Assembly: GCA_963668625.2 (NCBI GenBank) | Contig: CAXXKA010000008.1 | Coordinates: 608,001-672,000 of the forward strand | Reading direction: 5' to 3' | Length of the DNA: 64,000 nt | Origin: an uncultured candidate division Zixibacteria bacterium | GTDB taxonomy: Bacteria > Zixibacteria > MSB-5A5 > UBA10806 > 4484-95 | Shown here: piece after piece, positions 59,045-64,000 of the stretch | Numbering within the stretch: position 1 is the first letter of the stretch | Layout of the letters: every line of letters begins with the position of its first letter | The notes under the pieces: generated by a model | The model's database searches: none | What the model was told of the DNA's origin: nothing | The model's input: the letters and a program-made list of their open reading frames with translations, nothing else | Position numbers and translations under genes: made by a program

Positions 59045-60382
59045 ATGGAGCTATTCGATAAAAAGAAATCATCCGAGAAACCGAAACCGCCTTTAGCAGA
59101 TAGAATCAGGCCACAAAGCCTCGAGGAATTCGTCGGCCAGGAGCAAATATTAGCGCCGGGCAAACCTCTGTACGAGTCGATAACTGAGGATCGTGTTGGT
59201 TCTATAATACTCTGGGGACCTCCCGGCACCGGTAAAACGACCTTGGCTCGGCTGGTCGCAAAATATTCAAAGGCGGAATTCGAACCGTTCTCGGCGGTGA
59301 TATCAGGAATAAAAGAGATTAAAGGCGTAATAACCCAGGCTAAAAGACGACTCGATTTTGACGGCCGTTCAACCATTTTATTCATCGATGAGATACATCG
59401 CTTCAATAAAGCTCAACAGGATGCTTTCCTGCCGCATGTCGAGGCCGGCACGATAAGTTTGATAGGCGCTACCACGGAAAATCCTTCATTCGAGGTGATC
59501 TCGGCGCTTCTCTCCAGATGTCGTGTATATGTTTTAAATCAGCTCACTGACACTGACATAGCCACGATTCTCAACCGGGCGGCCTCCGATAGCGAACGTG
59601 GCCTCGGTGAGATGAAACTCCGATTCGAGGACAACGCGATTGACCATCTGGCCGGGATGGCCGGTGGCGATGCTCGTATGGCGCTTAATTTGATCGAGTT
59701 CGTAGCCGAAACGGTTGACCCCGATGATGAAGGTATGCGCCTGGTGACGATTGAGATAATTAACGATGCCGTACAGAAAAAATCACTGCTTTACGATAAG
59801 CAGGGTGATCAGCATTTCAACTTGATCTCCGCCTTGCATAAATCGCTGCGAGCCTCGGATGCCGACGCCGCATTGTACTGGTTGTATCGCATGATGACCG
59901 CCGGTGAGGACGCGCTCTATATTATCCGGCGAATGATTCGTTTCGCCATCGAGGATATCGGCCTGGCCGATCCGCGCGCGCTCCAGATTGCTTTAGCCGC
60001 CAAAGACACCTACCATTTCCTCGGCTCGCCCGAGGGTGATATTGCCCTGGGACAGGCGGCGGTTTACCTGGCGCTGGCGCCGAAATCAAACTCGGTATAT
60101 AACGCCGAGAAGACCGCGAAAAAATTCATCGAGAACAACCCCGACTACCCGGTGCCTATTCAGATAAGAAACGCGCCTACCGGCTTGATGAAAGATTTAG
60201 GCTATGGCCGGGATTACAAATACGCGCACGATTACGATGACGCATTCGCCTACATGGAATACCTTCCCGATGAGATAGCCGGCAGACGGTTTTACCATCC
60301 CACCGACAGGGGCCTGGAAAACAAGCTGAAAGAGAAACTCGAATGGTGGCTGAGAAAGATGGCGGAGGAGAGAAGGAAGTAG
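59045..60382 (+). CDS. rarA: Replication-associated recombination protein A (MgsA)
   Basis: 'PLADRIRP', 'GPPGTGKT', '[12 protein letters not shown]', 'ATTENPSF', 'ISALHKS', 'EDIGLAD'. Confidence 0.96.
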   Translation: MELFDKKKSSEKPKPPLADRIRPQSLEEFVGQEQILAPGKPLYESITEDRVGSIILWGPPGTGKTTLARLVAKYSKAEFEPFSAVISGIKEIKGVITQAKRRLDFDGRSTILFIDEIHRFNKAQQDAFLPHVEAGTISLIGATTENPSFEVISALLSRCRVYVLNQLTDTDIATILNRAASDSERGLGEMKLRFEDNAIDHLAGMAGGDARMALNLIEFVAETVDPDDEGMRLVTIEIINDAVQKKSLLYDKQGDQHFNLISALHKSLRASDADAALYWLYRMMTAGEDALYIIRRMIRFAIEDIGLADPRALQIALAAKDTYHFLGSPEGDIALGQAAVYLALAPKSNSVYNAEKTAKKFIENNPDYPVPIQIRNAPTGLMKDLGYGRDYKYAHDYDDAFAYMEYLPDEIAGRRFYHPTDRGLENKLKEKLEWWLRKMAEERRK

Positions 60383-60387
60383 AAATC

Positions 60388-61440
60388 ATGTCGAAACGTA
60401 AATTGAATAAACTGTTAAAACGTGCGGTTAATCTTCCCCATGGTTTCGATCTCGCACGCTACACCTTCAATAAAATCCAAAGCACGAATTTCAAACTGGC
60501 TAAATCGCTGAAAGTCTCTAACCCCTCATCGGTAATGATAGAATTAACCAACCTATGCAATTTAAAATGTATTACCTGCGCCAGAGAATACGAATACGGC
60601 GCAGCCATGAAAAAAGGCATGATGGACTTCGGCCTGTTTACGAAAATAGTCGATCAGCTATATCCATACGTCGATTCGATAGGCTTGACCGGCCTGGGAG
60701 AGACACTGCTTTATAAAAAACTGGTTGATGCCGTTAAATATATTCGAGACAAGAGCAATGGCATTATTATCTTTATCTCGACCAACGCTCATGTTAACGG
60801 CATAGAGGAAATCATAACTCCGCTTGCAGGTCAAATCGATACGCTGCAAATTTCCATAGACGGCGTAGGTGACATATACGACTCTATAAGGAGCAAAGCC
60901 GATTTCGATTATTTACATACCAATCTGAATAGAATCACGAAAATCGTATCGGGTACGCCAACGGACTTGATGTTCAATGCCGTAATTTTCGAAAAGAATT
61001 ATCACCAGATGAAAGACTTGGTTGAGTTGGCGTCATCTCTTGAAGTAAAGTATCTTTATTTCAATACCATGAACTTGGTTTCCACCGATTGGGATACCGG
61101 TAATTATGAGTTTTATGGAACCGAGCGATTTAAGACCGAACTTAAAGCGGCGCAAAAGCTAGCCCTGGCCAAAGGTATTGAACTTTCAACATTCGATTTT
61201 AATACTCCCCCCGGTTTCAGGAAATGCGGCTTCCCCTGGAATCATTTCTACATTAGCTGGGATGGTTATGTGGTACCTTGCTGTGCCAAACCATTTCCAC
61301 TCGAGATGAATTTCGGTAATGTTAATGATAAACCGCTATTGAGCTGCTTGAATAGCGAAAGCTTTCAAGATTTCCGAAAATTATGGCAACAAAATATCAC
61401 CCCGGATTTTTGCAAAAAATGTCATATGACGGAGTTGTAA
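60388..61440 (+). CDS. Radical SAM protein with SPASM/Twitch domain
   Basis: 'CNLKCITC'; 'GLGE'; 'CGFPW...DG..VPCC...FGN...CKKC'. Confidence 0.92.
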   Translation: MSKRKLNKLLKRAVNLPHGFDLARYTFNKIQSTNFKLAKSLKVSNPSSVMIELTNLCNLKCITCAREYEYGAAMKKGMMDFGLFTKIVDQLYPYVDSIGLTGLGETLLYKKLVDAVKYIRDKSNGIIIFISTNAHVNGIEEIITPLAGQIDTLQISIDGVGDIYDSIRSKADFDYLHTNLNRITKIVSGTPTDLMFNAVIFEKNYHQMKDLVELASSLEVKYLYFNTMNLVSTDWDTGNYEFYGTERFKTELKAAQKLALAKGIELSTFDFNTPPGFRKCGFPWNHFYISWDGYVVPCCAKPFPLEMNFGNVNDKPLLSCLNSESFQDFRKLWQQNITPDFCKKCHMTEL

Positions 61441-61459
61441 TGTAAGGAGTCCGGTTACG

Positions 61460-61960
61460 ATGCCAATAAAACCGATCCTTCAACTCGGCAATCCCGATCT
61501 CTACAGAACCAGTGAGTTAATCGATCACCTGGAGCTCGAGAGTATTAAAACCGTAGTTTCCGATCTTCACGATACCATGATGAATTTCCGTGCTCGCTAT
61601 GGAGTAGGCAGGGCTATAGCCGCGCCACAAATAGGCGTGTTCAAACGTCTGGTGTATGAGCATATCGACTCACCGAAGGTGTACATCAACCCGATATTGT
61701 ATGGCGGCAGTGATGAGCAAATTGAGCTCTGGGATGAATGCATGAGTTTCCCCGAGTTACTGGTAAGGGTCAAACGTCACAAAACGATTCGTATCACCTA
61801 TCTTGATCTTTGCTGGCAGGAGCATAGTGAATTGCTGGAGAGCGATCTATCCGAGCTACTGCAGCACGAGGTCGACCATCTCGACGGCATCCTGGCGATA
61901 AAGCGAGCGATAAACCATCAGGCGTTCGCGTTAAAAAGCAGGCAAGAGCCGATTGGCTAA
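61460..61960 (+). CDS. def: Peptide deformylase-like protein (variant motifs)
   Basis: 'GRAIAAPQIG', 'DECMS', 'QHEVDHLDG'. Confidence 0.8.
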   Translation: MPIKPILQLGNPDLYRTSELIDHLELESIKTVVSDLHDTMMNFRARYGVGRAIAAPQIGVFKRLVYEHIDSPKVYINPILYGGSDEQIELWDECMSFPELLVRVKRHKTIRITYLDLCWQEHSELLESDLSELLQHEVDHLDGILAIKRAINHQAFALKSRQEPIG

Positions 61961-62090
61961 CATCACCTGTAGTTGCGAATATCCATTGTATTTCCCAGTT
62001 ATTCTGTGTGGAAAACGTGTTGACTATTTGTGGTTGCACTCTCGTTTCTTTTCTCGTAATATACCACCACGCAAAACAGGAGTACAGTTC

Positions 62091-63335
62091 ATGGCAAGTA
62101 ATCTGAAAAATAAAAATATACTAATCGGTATCTCAGGCGGTATTGCCGCTTTTAAAATTTGCGAATTGTTACGGATGTTTGCCAAGGAGGGGGCATCCGT
62201 ACGTATCGTAATGACCGAGGCGGCAACGAAATTCGTCACACCACTGACATTCTCGGCGCTGGGCGCAGAATCGGTCTCCACCAGCATGTGGGATCCGGCC
62301 CGTGACAGCCTCGAGCATGTTAACTGGGCGGATTGGGCTGATCTTTTCATAGTGGCCCCGGCTACCGCCGATATTATCGCCAAGATGGCCGCCGGCATCG
62401 CCGATGATGTATTATCCACCCAGATACTGGCTTATGACGGCCCCAAACTGATCGTGCCGGCGATGAATGTCAAGATGTGGCGTAATTTCGCCACCAGGAG
62501 AAATGTCAACGAGCTGGCGGATCATGGGCACGAATTCATCGGCCCCACCAAGGGACATCTGGCAAGCCTGATAACGGCCGAGGGCAGGATGGTCGAGCCA
62601 TCCGAGATATACGATAAGGCCATAGCCATGCTATCGGTGGCGAAAACACCTGCCGGTAATACCTCCGGTGACTTGTCGCGCAACCGTATCCTTATCACGG
62701 CCGGCCCGACACTCGAACCGCTCGATCCGGTCCGGTTCATCTCCAACAGGTCATCAGGCAAGATGGGCTACTCTATCGCGGAGGCGGCGGCAGGTCGCGG
62801 CGCCAGAGTTACGCTTATCTCCGGGCCTACAGCTCTCGAAAAACCCGCCGGCGTCGATCTAATCCCGATCGAAACGGCCGACCAGATGATGAAAGCGATG
62901 CTGGCTAAATATCGCTATATCGATACGATCATCATGGCCGCCGCGGTTGCCGACTACAAGCCTAAAGTTTTCAGCCGTCAGAAAATTAAGAAAACCGATA
63001 CCGAGCTCTCACTGGATTTGAAACAAAATCCCGACATCATTCGAGAGCTAAGTAGAAAGCGCGGTCGCAAGGTACTGGTAGGGTTCGCTCTAGAAACAGA
63101 AAACCTCGAGGCCGCCGCTAAAAGAAAAATGCTCGATAAAAAGCTCGATATGATAGTTGCTAATAATCCGACACAAAAAGGCATCGAATTCGGTTCGGAC
63201 AACAACCGGGCGACTATCTTTATCAAGGGCAAGCAGATGATCAAACTGGATACTATGCCCAAAGAAGAGCTGGCGAATATCATCCTCGATGAAGTAGTAA
63301 AGATTCACAAAAGTATCAAAGGCAAACGTAAATAA
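62091..63335 (+). CDS. coaBC: Phosphopantothenoylcysteine decarboxylase/ligase
   Basis: 'GISGGIAAFK', 'APATAD', 'PAMN', 'TAGPT.EPLDPVRFISNRSSGKMG', 'VGFALET'; AGGAG RBS before 62091. Confidence 0.96.
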   Translation: MASNLKNKNILIGISGGIAAFKICELLRMFAKEGASVRIVMTEAATKFVTPLTFSALGAESVSTSMWDPARDSLEHVNWADWADLFIVAPATADIIAKMAAGIADDVLSTQILAYDGPKLIVPAMNVKMWRNFATRRNVNELADHGHEFIGPTKGHLASLITAEGRMVEPSEIYDKAIAMLSVAKTPAGNTSGDLSRNRILITAGPTLEPLDPVRFISNRSSGKMGYSIAEAAAGRGARVTLISGPTALEKPAGVDLIPIETADQMMKAMLAKYRYIDTIIMAAAVADYKPKVFSRQKIKKTDTELSLDLKQNPDIIRELSRKRGRKVLVGFALETENLEAAAKRKMLDKKLDMIVANNPTQKGIEFGSDNNRATIFIKGKQMIKLDTMPKEELANIILDEVVKIHKSIKGKRK

Positions 63336-64000
63336 TGTACGACAACGTGCAATCTTTAATCCATCGCTTCCTGCAACAGCGGGCGGAGATGGGTGAAAAA
63401 GCAGTTTATAAACCTTTTGATTCCGAAATGCCACAGGTTCAAATAATGCAAGAACAACCGATTGAAAGCTCGAAATCAAGTATCGAATATTTTATCGATA
63501 CGAAAACGCTAGAGCAACTTTACGACACTATTCACGATTGTAAAAAATGCGCGCTGGGCGATTCGCGCAACAAGTTCGTGTTCGGGGCGGGCAATCCTGA
63601 CGCCGATATCATGTTCGTCGGCGAGGCCCCCGGAGCCGAGGAGGACAGGCTGGGCATACCGTTCGTGGGACGCGCCGGCAAACTACTCGATAAGATTTTA
63701 GCGGCGATGGAGCTATCTCGTGATGATGTCTATATCGCCAACATACTCAAATGCCGTCCGCCACAAAACCGCGATCCTCAACCCGAGGAGGCACAAACCT
63801 GTGAGCCGTACCTTCACCAGCAAATAAAGCTGATCAAGCCGAAAATTATCTGTTGCCTGGGAAGGATATCAGCCCAACGCCTTCTGCAAACGAATATGAG
63901 CCTGGCCAAGATGCGCGATATCTGGTTCGATTACCAGGGGACGTTGCTGATGGTTACTTACCATCCGGCGGCGCTGCTGCGTAACCCCAATTTTAAACGC
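63335..64000 (+). CDS. Uracil-DNA glycosylase family 4, partial; runs off the window edge
   Basis: Manual translation from ATG at 63335: 'CKKCALG', '[21 protein letters not shown]', '[14 protein letters not shown]', 'TYHPAALLR'. Confidence 0.93.
   Translation, partial: MYDNVQSLIHRFLQQRAEMGEKAVYKPFDSEMPQVQIMQEQPIESSKSSIEYFIDTKTLEQLYDTIHDCKKCALGDSRNKFVFGAGNPDADIMFVGEAPGAEEDRLGIPFVGRAGKLLDKILAAMELSRDDVYIANILKCRPPQNRDPQPEEAQTCEPYLHQQIKLIKPKIICCLGRISAQRLLQTNMSLAKMRDIWFDYQGTLLMVTYHPAALLRNPNFKR

Noticed and set aside
61953-62090. N-terminal extension of coaBC
   Set aside because: Non-homologous sequence; the AGGAG RBS marks ATG at 62091.

Overview
Bacterial chromosomal window, gene-dense and mostly housekeeping or envelope genes. 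Four secreted proteins carry 'NxPNPFN...Y(L/F/Y)Y...K' C-terminal sorting domains (FlgD-Ig/T9SS-A-like), and two loci encode dockerin/cohesin-like proteins. That style suggests an FCB-superphylum organism such as Zixibacteria (inference only). Recognisable genes: bcp, lipB, panC, treT-otsB-otsA, rarA, def-like, coaBC and a family-4 UDG. One intact IS256 element has 8-bp target duplications (10718-12012). No rRNA, tRNA or CRISPR array was recognised. Main leads: (1) a DprA/SLOG-like domain fused to an AbiGi/DUF2971-like ADP-ribosyltransferase-fold domain next to the IS, a candidate conflict/defence protein; (2) a 2896-aa sigma54 enhancer-binding protein with about 17 PAS and 2 GAF domains, followed by two IHF-consensus sites and a -24/-12 promoter in front of a thioredoxin-fold gene lacking CxxC; (3) a secreted DA1-like metallopeptidase with 12 CxxC motifs next to a WD40 gene; (4) a cohesin/dockerin gene broken by two compensating frameshifts. 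All family calls come from motif recognition by eye; no searches were run.
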